Of a DNA stretch of 64,000 nt, positions 10,898 to 21,914 are shown piece after piece. The notes below the pieces were generated by a model that ran no database searches, was not told where the DNA came from, and was given only the letters and a program-made list of their open reading frames with translations. The position numbers and the translations under genes are program-made. Source of the stretch: an uncultured delta proteobacterium (GTDB taxonomy: Bacteria; Myxococcota_A; Polyangia; Palsa-1104); assembly GCA_963785725.1 (NCBI GenBank), contig CAWAWS010000029.1, positions 1 to 64,000 on the forward strand, given 5' to 3'. The first letter of the stretch is position 1. Each line of letters begins with the position of its first letter.

Positions 10898-11347
10898 ATG
10901 GCCGACTTTTTTCCCGAGATGCACTTGGAGCGCGGCGCGGCCGAAGCGATCGCGCGCGGCTTGTATGCGATCGCGCGCGTCGACGGTCTGCACGATCGCG
11001 AAGCGGGTTTGATCGCGTCGTTCTGGATCGAGGCCGGCGGCGGCGCGGGCGCGCTGTCGGATTTGGAGCGCGGAGCCGCCATCGAGCCGGCCGAGCTGGC
11101 GACGGCGCTGCATTCGGCCGAAGAGCGCAGGCTGTTCGTGAAGACGGCGATCTTGTTGACCTGGGCCGACGGCGAAGTGTCGGACGCCGAGCGCAAGTCG
11201 CTGCGCGCGTTCGCGGGCGCGCTGGGCGTCGATGACGCGGCGCTGGAGCAGCTGGACGCGTCGGTGAAGGACTTCCTCTTGGGCCACTTGGTTCATCTGC
11301 AGAACACCGACGCCACGCGCGCGGTCGCCAAGAAGCTCGGCAACTAA
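10898..11347 (+). CDS. TerB-like protein
   Basis: IARVDGLHDRE and WADGEVSDAER metal-binding-type motifs; AGGAG RBS; follows the ATPase in the same operon. Confidence 0.75.
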   Translation: MADFFPEMHLERGAAEAIARGLYAIARVDGLHDREAGLIASFWIEAGGGAGALSDLERGAAIEPAELATALHSAEERRLFVKTAILLTWADGEVSDAERKSLRAFAGALGVDDAALEQLDASVKDFLLGHLVHLQNTDATRAVAKKLGN

Positions 11348-11493
11348 TCAGCCAAGCTGATTTAGTATCGATCAAGTGCAAGCACCGCTCGTCGAGCACC
11401 GCTCGCCGAGCCTTCCCACGGCCGACGCGCGCTTTGCGCGCTCGAGTCGGATCGCGGTCAGGGAACCCTCAGCGCGACTGGGTGTTCGCGCGG

Positions 11494-12558
11494 CTACGAG
11501 TCAATCGGCTGCAGATTCGCTTCGCGCGCCAACGTCGCCACGAGCTCGGCGGCGGGCAGGTTGCGCATGAGCGGCGCCGCTTGTCCCGACCACAGCTGCA
11601 TGAGATCGACGCGGCCTTGCTTGGCCGCGGCCGCGCGCAGCTCGCGCGTCAGCTGCTGCTGCTGCGGAAACGGCGCCGGCGGCAGCGTCGCGAAGGCGTC
11701 GGTCATGCGGTTGGCGATGGCGCGCGCCGGCCGCCCGCTGAACGCCGTGGTGACGACGGTGCGCAGGCTCGCCGGCGAACGCAGCGCCTGCCGATGCGCC
11801 GCGGGCGTGCCGGCTTCCGGGCAGTCGAGGAACGCCGTGCCCAGCTGCACGCCGGCGGCGCCGAGCGCGAGCGCCGCGCGGATGCCGGCGCCGTCCATGA
11901 TGCCGCCCGCCGCCAACACCGGCGCGCGCACGCGGCGGACAAGCTGCGGCACGAGCGCCATCGTGCCCACGAGCGCGTCGGCGAACGCGCCCAAGAAGGT
12001 GCCGCGATGGCCGCCCGCCTCGGCGCCTTGCGCGCAGATGACGTCGACGCCGAGCGCGTCGAGCGCGTCCGCTTCGGCGACGGTCGTCGCGGTGCCGACG
12101 GTGACGATGCCGCGCTCGCGAAACGCCGCCAGCTGCGCCGCCGTCGGCACGCCGAACGTGAAGCTGAACGCGCGCGGCCGCACGCGCAAGACCGCCGCCA
12201 GCTGCGCGTCGACCGAGTCGCTCGCCGGTGCCGGCGCCAGCGTCTCGGGCAGGCCGAGCTCGCGGCGAAAGGGCTGCAGCACCGGCAGCACGCGCGCCTC
12301 GGCCGTCGCGTCGTCGCGCGCCTCGTCGCGAATGAACAGGTTGAGCGCGAACGGCCCGCTCGTCCGTTCGCGCGTCGCCGCCGCCAGCGCTTCGATCTGC
12401 GCGGCCGTCAGATAGGCGCAGCCGAGCGAGCCCACGCCGCCGGCGTTCGTGACCGCCGCTGCCAACGCCGGCGTATCAGGGCCGCCGGCCATCGGCGCTT
12501 GCACGATCGGCAGCCGAGCGCCCAAGAGCGTCATCAACCGCGTCTGCGCGTCGCTCAT
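11494..12558 (-). CDS. Nitronate monooxygenase family flavoprotein
   Basis: PIVQAPMAGG, QGAEAGGHRGTF, AAGGIMDG, VQLGTAFL, FSGRPAR, LWSGQ. Confidence 0.93.
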   Translation of the reverse strand: MSDAQTRLMTLLGARLPIVQAPMAGGPDTPALAAAVTNAGGVGSLGCAYLTAAQIEALAAATRERTSGPFALNLFIRDEARDDATAEARVLPVLQPFRRELGLPETLAPAPASDSVDAQLAAVLRVRPRAFSFTFGVPTAAQLAAFRERGIVTVGTATTVAEADALDALGVDVICAQGAEAGGHRGTFLGAFADALVGTMALVPQLVRRVRAPVLAAGGIMDGAGIRAALALGAAGVQLGTAFLDCPEAGTPAAHRQALRSPASLRTVVTTAFSGRPARAIANRMTDAFATLPPAPFPQQQQLTRELRAAAAKQGRVDLMQLWSGQAAPLMRNLPAAELVATLAREANLQPIDS

Positions 12559-12603
12559 GTCTCGCAATATAAGCCGGCGATCGAGTTGGCGTACAATCGA
12601 CGG

Positions 12604-13101
12604 ATGGCAGCCACGCTTCGCTACGCGGACGAGACGCTGCGAGTGGTGACCGATCGCCGGCTGTGCGTCATTCGCTGGCTCGATTCGCCCGAGGCGCGCC
12701 ACTTCGCCGAGGTCACGCGCGCGTTCGCCTACGCCGTCGACAAGAGCGGCAAAGGCGGCGTCGGCCTCTTCAACGTCGTCGACGCGCGCGGGAAATTGCC
12801 GCGCTTCAACGACGAGATCCGCCGCGCCGCCGGCGACATGACCCGCGCCGTCACGCCCGACAGCGCCGGCGCCGCGCACGTCATCCTCGTCGACGGCTTG
12901 GCGGGCGTGGCCGTGCGCATGTTCTTGTCGACGCTGACCTTGTTGTCGCGCGCCGCCACGCCGACGACGATTCACTCGTCCTTGGCCGAAGGCGCGGCCT
13001 GGCTCGGGCACGTGCTCGCGGCCAGTCCGTCGGCGGCGCAGATCGAGGCGGCCTACGCGCTGACGCTGCAGGTCGAGCGCCGCGCGCCGACGCCGCCCTA
13101 A
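12604..13101 (+). CDS. Myxobacterial STAS/SEC14-like hypothetical protein
   Basis: AAHVILVDGLAGVAVRMFLSTL...HSSLAEGAAWL pattern. Confidence 0.6.
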   Translation: MAATLRYADETLRVVTDRRLCVIRWLDSPEARHFAEVTRAFAYAVDKSGKGGVGLFNVVDARGKLPRFNDEIRRAAGDMTRAVTPDSAGAAHVILVDGLAGVAVRMFLSTLTLLSRAATPTTIHSSLAEGAAWLGHVLAASPSAAQIEAAYALTLQVERRAPTPP

Positions 13102-13122
13102 TCCCAGCCGCTTGGCTGGACG

Positions 13123-14703
<1,581 letters not shown>

Positions 14704-14821
14704 GGGCCAGAGGCGAGTTTTCTACGTCCTCGGTTATGTGTCAAGGCATACACTTGACTCGTTTCGCTCGGCGGTGCAAAGATTCGCAAACTCCCGTGAA
14801 TAAACTGCAATGTGGCCTAGC

Positions 14822-15436
14822 ATGATGACGCGTAGAGTGATTGCGATCGTCTGTGCGATCGGGCTCTTGGCGGTGGCGGCGCCGGCGCGCGCGCAGACGG
14901 CGAGCGAGACCAAGGCGCACGACGCCTTCGTGCTCGGCCAGGCGGCGTTCAACGAGGCTCGCTACGACGACGCGCTGACGCAGTTTCAGGCGGCGTACGA
15001 CCTGTCGAAGCGGCCGGAGCTCTTGCTGACGCTGGCCAAGACCTATCGCAAGCTCGGGCGCTACGACGACGCGCTGGCCGCCTGCGATCGCTATTTGACG
15101 ACCAATCCGGCGCAGCCGCAGCAGCGTTCGACCTACGAGTTCATGGGTCAGCTGCACGCCGAGAAGACGCGCGTGGAGAGCGTCGTGAACGCCGCGGCGA
15201 CCGCGCCAGCGACGGCGGCGGCAGCTCCAGCGGCGCCGGCGACGAACCCGCTCGTGAGCGCGCCGCCGCCGAGCGCGGCCGACGCCGCCCGCCATCGCCA
15301 GCGCGTCGTCATCATCGCCGTGGCCGCCGGCGTCGTCGTGCTCGCGGTCGGGTTGGGCGTCGGCCTCGGCGTCGGCCTGAGCCACTCCGACCACTTCCCG
15401 TCGTCGGGCCTGGGCACCGTCCGGTTCGGCCACTGA
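14822..15436 (+). CDS. Exported TPR protein with a C-terminal membrane anchor
   Basis: Signal peptide APARAQ; TPR-like GQAAFNEARYDDALTQFQAAY...; hydrophobic C-terminal segment. Confidence 0.8.
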   Translation: MMTRRVIAIVCAIGLLAVAAPARAQTASETKAHDAFVLGQAAFNEARYDDALTQFQAAYDLSKRPELLLTLAKTYRKLGRYDDALAACDRYLTTNPAQPQQRSTYEFMGQLHAEKTRVESVVNAAATAPATAAAAPAAPATNPLVSAPPPSAADAARHRQRVVIIAVAAGVVVLAVGLGVGLGVGLSHSDHFPSSGLGTVRFGH

Positions 15437-17001
15437 TGCGCAACCGATTCACAGCCCGCTTCGCCATCGGCCTCGCGTTCGCGTGCGTCTTCGGGCTTGG
15501 GCTCGGTGGCTGCTCGAGCAACGGCACCGGCGTGCTCTTGACCGTCAGCGGCAGCGGTATCACCGCCGATCAGTTAATGATTACCGCGCATTATGACGGC
15601 AACAACATCACGCATGCGGTGCCGGGGACGGCGCGCGCGCTGACGTTTCCGACGACCGTCGTGCTGGCGCTGCCCGATCAGTCGACGAGTGTGACCATCA
15701 CCGTGACCGCGATGTCGGGCGGCGCGGCGGTCGCCGGCGGCGTCACGCCGGCCATCGACGTGAGCGCGCACAAAATCGCGAGCGCGGCGATCGATCTCAA
15801 CCCGAGCACGATTCCGAGCGACGGCGGCCTCTCGTGCGGCAAAGTCGGCGCCTTCGTCGATCCGTTCACGACGGCCACGGACGATCCGCTGCTCCAGCCT
15901 TACGCCACCGGCGGCGAGACGGGCAGCGAAGGCGGCGGCATCTTGACCGTCACGATGCCGGCCACCGCGCAGAACGCGAGCGAAGCCGGCTTCCCGTCGC
16001 AGGCGTTCTACGACATCACCGACTCCAGCCTCAGCATCGAGCTGTCGCAGATGGTCGACACGTCGACGACCGCGTACGCCGGCTTCAGCGTCAACCGCGA
16101 CGACAACAACTTCCTCGAGCTGTCGCAGGAGTCGGGCTCGCTCAACGCCGACAACGTCGAGAACAAGACGCGCTCGCGGCTGGCGTCGGTGCCTTACGAT
16201 CCGGTCCAGCATCGCTGGCTGCGCATTCGTGAGAGCGGCGGCACGGTCTACCTCGAGACCGCGCCCGACGGAACGGCGTGGACGGCGCAAGCCATGGTCG
16301 GGACGCCACATTGGGCCGATTACGCCAGCGTCAACATCTTCGCCGGCGCCGACGGCACGGTCATGAACGGCGGCACGGCGCAGTGGCAGAAGCTCAACAA
16401 CGGCGTCGCCTCGAGCGTGCGCTGCCCGGCCAGCTCGCTCACCGACGACTTCACCGACGGCTCGCGCAGCGATGCCTGGCTGCCGTCGCAGTCGAGCCAC
16501 TGCACGATGGCCGAGATCGCCACCGGGCTCGACTTCGCGCTGCAGCCGTCGCCGTCGCAGTGCGAGTACATCTCGTCCTACGGCTACGACTTGACCGGCA
16601 GCTCCGTCGCCGTGCAGGTGGTGCGCGCGCCGACGAAGGCCGACGGCGCCGTCAGCTGGCTGCGCCTCGTCGCCAACGAGCTCGACAGCAGCGGCTACGA
16701 GATCAGCGTCGACGAGGGCACGCTGCAGTTCCTGCGCAAGAACGCCGACGGCAGCTCCAACACCGGCGCGACGATGCCCTTCGATCCGCAGATGCACGCC
16801 TGGTGGCGCCTGCGCGAGCAGGGCGGCATGATGTACGGCGAGACGTCGCCCGATGGCAAGACGTGGACGACGCAGGTGAGCGAGGTGCCGGCGTTTGCGG
16901 TGACGGCGGTGCGCACGCACCTCGGCGTCAGCGTCTACGACCAGGCGGCGACGGCGCCGGGCCACGTCGGCTTCACGAACCTGAACCTCCTGCCGCAGTA
17001 G
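15436..17001 (+). CDS. Lipoprotein with two tandem beta-sandwich (ConA/LamG-like) repeats
   Basis: Lipobox LGGC; internal repeats YDITDSS...PYDPVQHRWLRIRESGGTVYLETAPDGTAWT and YDLTGSS...PFDPQMHAWWRLREQGGMMYGETSPDGKTWT. Confidence 0.75.
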   Translation: MRNRFTARFAIGLAFACVFGLGLGGCSSNGTGVLLTVSGSGITADQLMITAHYDGNNITHAVPGTARALTFPTTVVLALPDQSTSVTITVTAMSGGAAVAGGVTPAIDVSAHKIASAAIDLNPSTIPSDGGLSCGKVGAFVDPFTTATDDPLLQPYATGGETGSEGGGILTVTMPATAQNASEAGFPSQAFYDITDSSLSIELSQMVDTSTTAYAGFSVNRDDNNFLELSQESGSLNADNVENKTRSRLASVPYDPVQHRWLRIRESGGTVYLETAPDGTAWTAQAMVGTPHWADYASVNIFAGADGTVMNGGTAQWQKLNNGVASSVRCPASSLTDDFTDGSRSDAWLPSQSSHCTMAEIATGLDFALQPSPSQCEYISSYGYDLTGSSVAVQVVRAPTKADGAVSWLRLVANELDSSGYEISVDEGTLQFLRKNADGSSNTGATMPFDPQMHAWWRLREQGGMMYGETSPDGKTWTTQVSEVPAFAVTAVRTHLGVSVYDQAATAPGHVGFTNLNLLPQ

Positions 17002-17004
17002 CCG

Positions 17005-17553
17005 TTACTTCTTCTTCGGCGGCTTGGCCTTCGGCTTGTCCCTCGTTGGATCGGACATCCCGATCAATCCCATGGCGATGTCATCGCCGTCGACCTGCGG
17101 ATCCTTCGCGACGGGCGGCGTCTTGACGACCACCAGGCGGCCTTTCGGCATCGGCTTCGTCGCCGCGGTCGCCTTGCCGTCACCGACGGCCAAGTCGGCG
17201 CGCGCGCGGCCCGACCACAGCCCGACGAGCAGCGCCGCCGATGTCGCCGCGCCGGCGATGCGATTCCAGATGCGCCGGCGTAGACGCTCGCGGCGCACGC
17301 CGACGGAGCAGTCGTTCGTCAGCACGGTGCCGTCGGCGCGCTGATAGAAGCGGGCGCACATCTGGCCCTCTTTGTCGGCGACGAGCCGCTCGGCCGCGAC
17401 GCGCGACAGCGCCGACAGGTCGTAGACGTTCTGCTCGCAGCGGCCGCAAAAGCGGACGAAGTCGTCGCCCTTCATGTCGTCCCAATCGGCGGCGCAGGGC
17501 GCGGCGATGCGCAGGCTCTCGAGACGAATGGGAAGGCGAGTCGTCGCGGTCAT
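17005..17553 (-). CDS. Cys-rich N-terminal domain membrane protein (copy 1)
   Basis: IAAPCAADWDDMKGDDFVRFCGRCEQNVYDLS...CARFYQRADGTVLTNDC, then a hydrophobic segment and a Pro/Lys tail. Confidence 0.8.
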   Translation of the reverse strand: MTATTRLPIRLESLRIAAPCAADWDDMKGDDFVRFCGRCEQNVYDLSALSRVAAERLVADKEGQMCARFYQRADGTVLTNDCSVGVRRERLRRRIWNRIAGAATSAALLVGLWSGRARADLAVGDGKATAATKPMPKGRLVVVKTPPVAKDPQVDGDDIAMGLIGMSDPTRDKPKAKPPKKK

Positions 17554-17644
17554 GACCGGTCATACGCGCCGGCGGGGCAAACGATCTGCGGAAGATGCGA
17601 TGAAGCGGCAAGGCCGTGCACACGGCACGGCGCGCGCCGGACGC

Positions 17645-18322
17645 TTACTTCTTCGTCGTCGGCGTCGCCGGCTTGGCGGGCGCGGGCGAGATGTCGCCTT
17701 GCACCATCGACGGCTCGCCCATGACCGGCGGCTTCACCTCCGCCGGCACCGGCACCAACACGCCGGCGGTCGGCGGCGTCGCCGGCTTGTCTTTGGGCTG
17801 CGCCACCGGCGCGCCCATGAGCGGCCGCGGCGGCTCCGGCGTCTTCGGCGCCGCGATCTTGCCCATGAGGTGCGGCTCCTCGGTCGGCGGCGCCAGACCG
17901 CCCGCCACCGGCACGCGCGGCTTGGCCTTCGTCGCCGTGGTCGTCTTGCCGTCACCGACGGCCAAGTCGGCGCGCGCGCGGCCCGACCACAGCCCGACGA
18001 GCAGCGTCGCCGACGTCGCCGCGCCGGCGATGCGATTCCAGATGCGCTGGCGCAGACGCTCGCGGCGCACGCCCACCGGACAGTCGTTCGTCAGGACCGT
18101 GCCGTCGGCGCGCTGGTAGAAGCGCACGCACATCCGCCCCTCTTTTTCGGCGACGAGCTGCTCGGCCTCGAGGCGCGACAAGGCCGACAAGTCGTAGACG
18201 TTCTTCTCGCAGCGGCCGCAAAAGCGGACGAACTCGTCGCCCTTCATGTCGTTCCAATCGGCCGCGCAGGGCGTGGCGATGCGGAGGCTTTCGAGGCGAA
18301 CCGGAAGGCGCGTCGTGGTCAT
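17645..18322 (-). CDS. Cys-rich N-terminal domain membrane protein (copy 2, tandem paralog)
   Basis: Nearly identical N-terminal ~125 aa to copy 1; different, longer Pro-rich tail with repeated MG motifs. Confidence 0.8.
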   Translation of the reverse strand: MTTTRLPVRLESLRIATPCAADWNDMKGDEFVRFCGRCEKNVYDLSALSRLEAEQLVAEKEGRMCVRFYQRADGTVLTNDCPVGVRRERLRQRIWNRIAGAATSATLLVGLWSGRARADLAVGDGKTTTATKAKPRVPVAGGLAPPTEEPHLMGKIAAPKTPEPPRPLMGAPVAQPKDKPATPPTAGVLVPVPAEVKPPVMGEPSMVQGDISPAPAKPATPTTKK

Positions 18323-18405
18323 GCCGGTCATACGCGCCGGCGCGACAAACGATCTGGAAAAATGTGAGGAAAATAACGCGGAAGGATGGCGCGAACGCTG
18401 CGTAG

Positions 18406-18945
18406 CTACTTGTTGGCCTGCAGGGTCGTCAATTCGGCGAGGACCTCGTCGCTGTGCTTGGCCGGGCTGACGTCGTTGTAGATCTTGCGCAGGACGCCGT
18501 TGGGATCGATGAGGAACGTGTGGCGCTTCGAGATCTTGGCGACCACGACGTTCATGACCGAGTCGTACTTCTCCGAGACTTCGTGCTTCGTGTCGGCGAG
18601 CAGCTTGAAGTGCAGGCCCTCTTTGACGCAGAACTCCTGGTGCGACTTCTCGTCCTGCACGCTGACGCCGAGGATGACCGCGTTGTGCTTGTCGTACTGC
18701 TCCTGATCGCGCTGGAAGTTGTGCGCCTCGAGCGAGCAGCCGCTGGTGAAGTCCTTCGGGTAGAAGTAGAGGACGACCCACTTGCCCTTGTAGTCGTGCA
18801 GGTTGACGGGCTTGCCGTCTTGCGCGCTGAGCGTGAAGTCGGGCGCGGGCGAGCCGACGGCGAGCGGCGCTTTGTCGGCGGCATTCGCCGTGGCGCAAAC
18901 GGAGAGCAGCGCGAACGCCGCAAGAATGGACTGCATAGGCTTCAT
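18406..18945 (-). CDS. bcp: Peroxiredoxin, BCP/PrxQ family, with signal peptide
   Basis: APDFTL, LYFYPKDFTSGCSLEA, RHTFLIDP. Confidence 0.9.
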   Translation of the reverse strand: MKPMQSILAAFALLSVCATANAADKAPLAVGSPAPDFTLSAQDGKPVNLHDYKGKWVVLYFYPKDFTSGCSLEAHNFQRDQEQYDKHNAVILGVSVQDEKSHQEFCVKEGLHFKLLADTKHEVSEKYDSVMNVVVAKISKRHTFLIDPNGVLRKIYNDVSPAKHSDEVLAELTTLQANK

Positions 18946-19045
18946 GAGTGGACCTCCGGGCGCGAGCATAGTGGGAGATGACGTAATCGGAAAGGCGCCG
19001 CCGAGGTAGGATGCGAGTAGACGTGGCGTCGTTACTGCGCGTGAT

Positions 19046-19594
19046 TCAGCGGCGTTCGCCCTTCCTTGCGCCGACAAGCGACGGTCGGGACGACTCGCGC
19101 TGCCACTGCACCGCCGTCGCGGCCAAGATGCCGGTGCGCAGCTCGATCACGCGGCGCAAGACGGCCAGGTCGCGCGCCGAGTCGAGCTGCCGCGCGGCCT
19201 CGAACAGCGGCACGAAGCTCACCTGCTTGGTCTCGTCGTCGTGCTTGCCGTCGTCGCGCTCGAGCGCCATCTCGAAGTAGTGCGTGTAATGGCGCGGCCC
19301 TTCGTGCGTCAACAGCGGACGCAGGAGGCGCGCGCGCAGGCCCGTCTCTTCGTAGACCTCGCGCAGCGCCGCGTCGGCGGCGTTCTCGCCGCGATCGATG
19401 CGCCCCTTCGGCAGCGTCCAGTGCAGCCGATTCTTGCGGTCGCGCTGCAGCACGATGGCCACTTCGCCGCGCAAGTTGATGACGACGCCGCCGGCCGAGC
19501 TCCACTTCTTCGGCAGACGCTCGAGCGCGCCCAAGCAGTAACGAGCGGTGGCACCGACCACGACGATTCCGAAAGCTGCGCCGATCTCCAACAT
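19046..19594 (-). CDS. Nudix hydrolase
   Basis: Nudix box PKGRIDRGENAADAALREVYEETGL. Confidence 0.88.
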   Translation of the reverse strand: MLEIGAAFGIVVVGATARYCLGALERLPKKWSSAGGVVINLRGEVAIVLQRDRKNRLHWTLPKGRIDRGENAADAALREVYEETGLRARLLRPLLTHEGPRHYTHYFEMALERDDGKHDDETKQVSFVPLFEAARQLDSARDLAVLRRVIELRTGILAATAVQWQRESSRPSLVGARKGERR

Positions 19595-19781
19595 TGTAGG
19601 TGGGTAGAGCAAGTGACGCGCCAAGCGTTCACTCGCGCGATCCGCTGAGATCCGACGGACACAGTCTCCGATTCCCGGAGGTTTGCTGGGGTCTGGATTC
19701 GAAAGCCGGCGAACAATTAGCGGGATGGAGCGCGACGCAGCGAAGGCGCCGGCGTTGCCGGCTCTGACGAACGCGCGCGAG

Positions 19782-21074
19782 CTACTTCCGCTGCTCCATC
19801 GGCACGTAATGATTGACGGTCGGGCCGGTGTAGATCTGACGCGGGCGGCCGATCTTGGTGGCCGGCGACTCGATCATCTCCTTCCAATGGGCGATCCAGC
19901 CGGGCAGGCGACCGAGCGCGAACAGCACGGTGAACATGTTCGTCGGGAAGCCCATGGCGCGGTAGATGAGGCCCGAATAGAAGTCGACGTTCGGGTAGAG
20001 CTTGCGTTCGATGAAGTAGGAATCGGCCAGCGCGACCTCTTCCAGCCGCTTGGCGATGTCGAGCAGCGGATCGTGAATGCCGAGCTTGTTGAGGACCCGA
20101 TCGGCGGCCTTCTTGATGATCTTGGCGCGCGGATCGAAGTTCTTGTAGACGCGGTGGCCGAAGCCCATGAGCTTGAAGCCCGACTTCTTGTCCTTGGCCA
20201 TCGCGATGTACTTGTCGACACCGCCGCCGTCCTTGTGGATCTGCTCGAGCATCTCGACGACTTCTTGGTTGGCGCCGCCGTGCAGCGGACCCCACAAGGC
20301 GCAGATGCCGGCCGAGATCGACGCGAACAGGTTGGTCTGCGCGCTGCCGACGAGCCGCACCGTCGACGTCGAACAGTTCTGCTCGTGATCGGCGTGCAGG
20401 ATCAGCAAGAGGTTCATGACTTTGACGAGCTCTTCGTCGACGGGATAGGGCTCCGCCGGCACCGAGAACATCATGTTGAGCAAGTTCGCGCAGTAGGACA
20501 GATGGTTCTGCGGGTAGACCATCGGCTGGCCGTGCGCTTTTTTGTGCGCGAAGGCGGCGATCGTCCGCACTTTGGCGAGCAGGCGCGCGATCGTGATCTC
20601 GCGCTCGCCGACGTTCATGGCGTCGATGGCTTCGGGATAGAAGCTCGACAGCGAGCAGACCATCGCCGACAAGATCGCCATCGGGTGCGCCGTGCCCGGG
20701 TAGCCGTCGAAGAAGCGGCGCATGTCTTCGTGCAGCATCGAGTGGCGCGTCAACAGCGTCGAGAAGCGCGTCAGCTCCGCCTGCTGCGGCAAGTGGCCGT
20801 AGATCAGCAGGTACGAAGTCTCGACGAACGTCGACTGCTCCGCGAGCTCCTCGATGGGGATGCCGCGATAGCGCAGGATTCCCTGCTCGCCGTCGAGATA
20901 GGTGATGGCGCTCGTGGTCGACGCGGTGTTGACGAACGCCGGGTCGAGGGTCACGTAGCCGGTTTGAGCACGCAGCGCGTTGATGTCGATGCCGTGCTCG
21001 TTTTCACTGCCGGTGATGATGGGCAGCGAGATCGCTTCCTTGCCGTCGAGGACTAGCTTGGCGTCGTTGGACAT
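19782..21074 (-). CDS. gltA: Citrate synthase
   Basis: GILRYRG, HADHEQNCST, GPLHGGAN, LMGFGHRVYKNFDPR, YPNVDFYSG. Confidence 0.97.
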   Translation of the reverse strand: MSNDAKLVLDGKEAISLPIITGSENEHGIDINALRAQTGYVTLDPAFVNTASTTSAITYLDGEQGILRYRGIPIEELAEQSTFVETSYLLIYGHLPQQAELTRFSTLLTRHSMLHEDMRRFFDGYPGTAHPMAILSAMVCSLSSFYPEAIDAMNVGEREITIARLLAKVRTIAAFAHKKAHGQPMVYPQNHLSYCANLLNMMFSVPAEPYPVDEELVKVMNLLLILHADHEQNCSTSTVRLVGSAQTNLFASISAGICALWGPLHGGANQEVVEMLEQIHKDGGGVDKYIAMAKDKKSGFKLMGFGHRVYKNFDPRAKIIKKAADRVLNKLGIHDPLLDIAKRLEEVALADSYFIERKLYPNVDFYSGLIYRAMGFPTNMFTVLFALGRLPGWIAHWKEMIESPATKIGRPRQIYTGPTVNHYVPMEQRK

Positions 21075-21197
21075 GGCAGCGAAAACGATGCCTGGTTAGC
21101 GCTCGTCAGGCAAGTACCGGATGGCTGGTTGCGGCAGAACTTTACAAATTGGCGGAAATTTTTACGGTCGCGGCCCGCCCGGCCGGCGGAGGTGCGC

Positions 21198-21293
21198 CTA
21201 GCTGAGGTGCAAGAGGTAGAGCTTGTAGGCCACGCCGACGACCGCCACGCCGAGTACGTAGACGCCCGCCAGGACCAGCTCGTTCTTGGACAT
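21198..21293 (-). CDS. Small 31-aa single-TM protein
   Basis: GGAGG 6-7 nt before the ATG; MSKNELVLAGVYVLGVAVVGVAYKLYLLHLS; GC3-rich codons. Confidence 0.6.
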   Translation of the reverse strand: MSKNELVLAGVYVLGVAVVGVAYKLYLLHLS

Positions 21294-21512
21294 CGGACAC
21301 CTCCAACTGCGATTTTCGCAGCGTTCTCGACGGGAAACAAGCTGCGGGAATGCTCGGTGCGACGATCGGCGGCCGAGTGACGGCGGGACGCACATCGCCG
21401 CGCGTGTCAGCCGTTACCGTCGCGGCGGCGAGCGCGATTGACGGCGAGGCGGCGGCTGCGCATGCTGCCGGCCATGCGTGAGCCTCCTCGGCCGTCAGCG
21501 CTCGGCGGCGCC

Positions 21513-21911
21513 ATGAAGCGCGAGCCGGCGGTCAAGATGGCCGCCCGACTGCTGCTGGCCATCGCGATGACGCTCGCCGGCGTCGGTCACTTCCTCGACA
21601 CGGAGGCGTTCGCGATGATGGTGCCGGCGTGGCTGCCGGCGCCGTACGCGCTCGTTTACATCAGCGGCCTGGCCGAGGTCGCGGGCGGCGTGGGGCTCTT
21701 GCTGCCACCGGTGCAGCGGGCGGCGGCGCTCGGGCTCATCGTGCTCTACATCGCGGTGTTCCCGGCGAACCTCAACATGGCGGTGCACCACATTTCGCCG
21801 CGCGGCATGCACGTGTCGAGCGCGTTTTTGTGGGGACGGCTGCCGTTTCAGCTGCTGTTCATCGCCTGGGCGTGGTGGCTGTCGAAGCCGTCCAAAACGC
21901 CGGCGCCGTAG
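21513..21911 (+). CDS. DoxX-like membrane protein
   Basis: GVGHF...MVPAWLP...YISGLAEVAGG...AVFPANLNMA...RLPFQ. Confidence 0.8.
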   Translation: MKREPAVKMAARLLLAIAMTLAGVGHFLDTEAFAMMVPAWLPAPYALVYISGLAEVAGGVGLLLPPVQRAAALGLIVLYIAVFPANLNMAVHHISPRGMHVSSAFLWGRLPFQLLFIAWAWWLSKPSKTPAP

Positions 21912-21914
21912 CGC

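Noticed and set aside
19685..19712. tRNA-like TTCGAATCC on the minus strand
   Set aside because: No pairing T-stem or cloverleaf.
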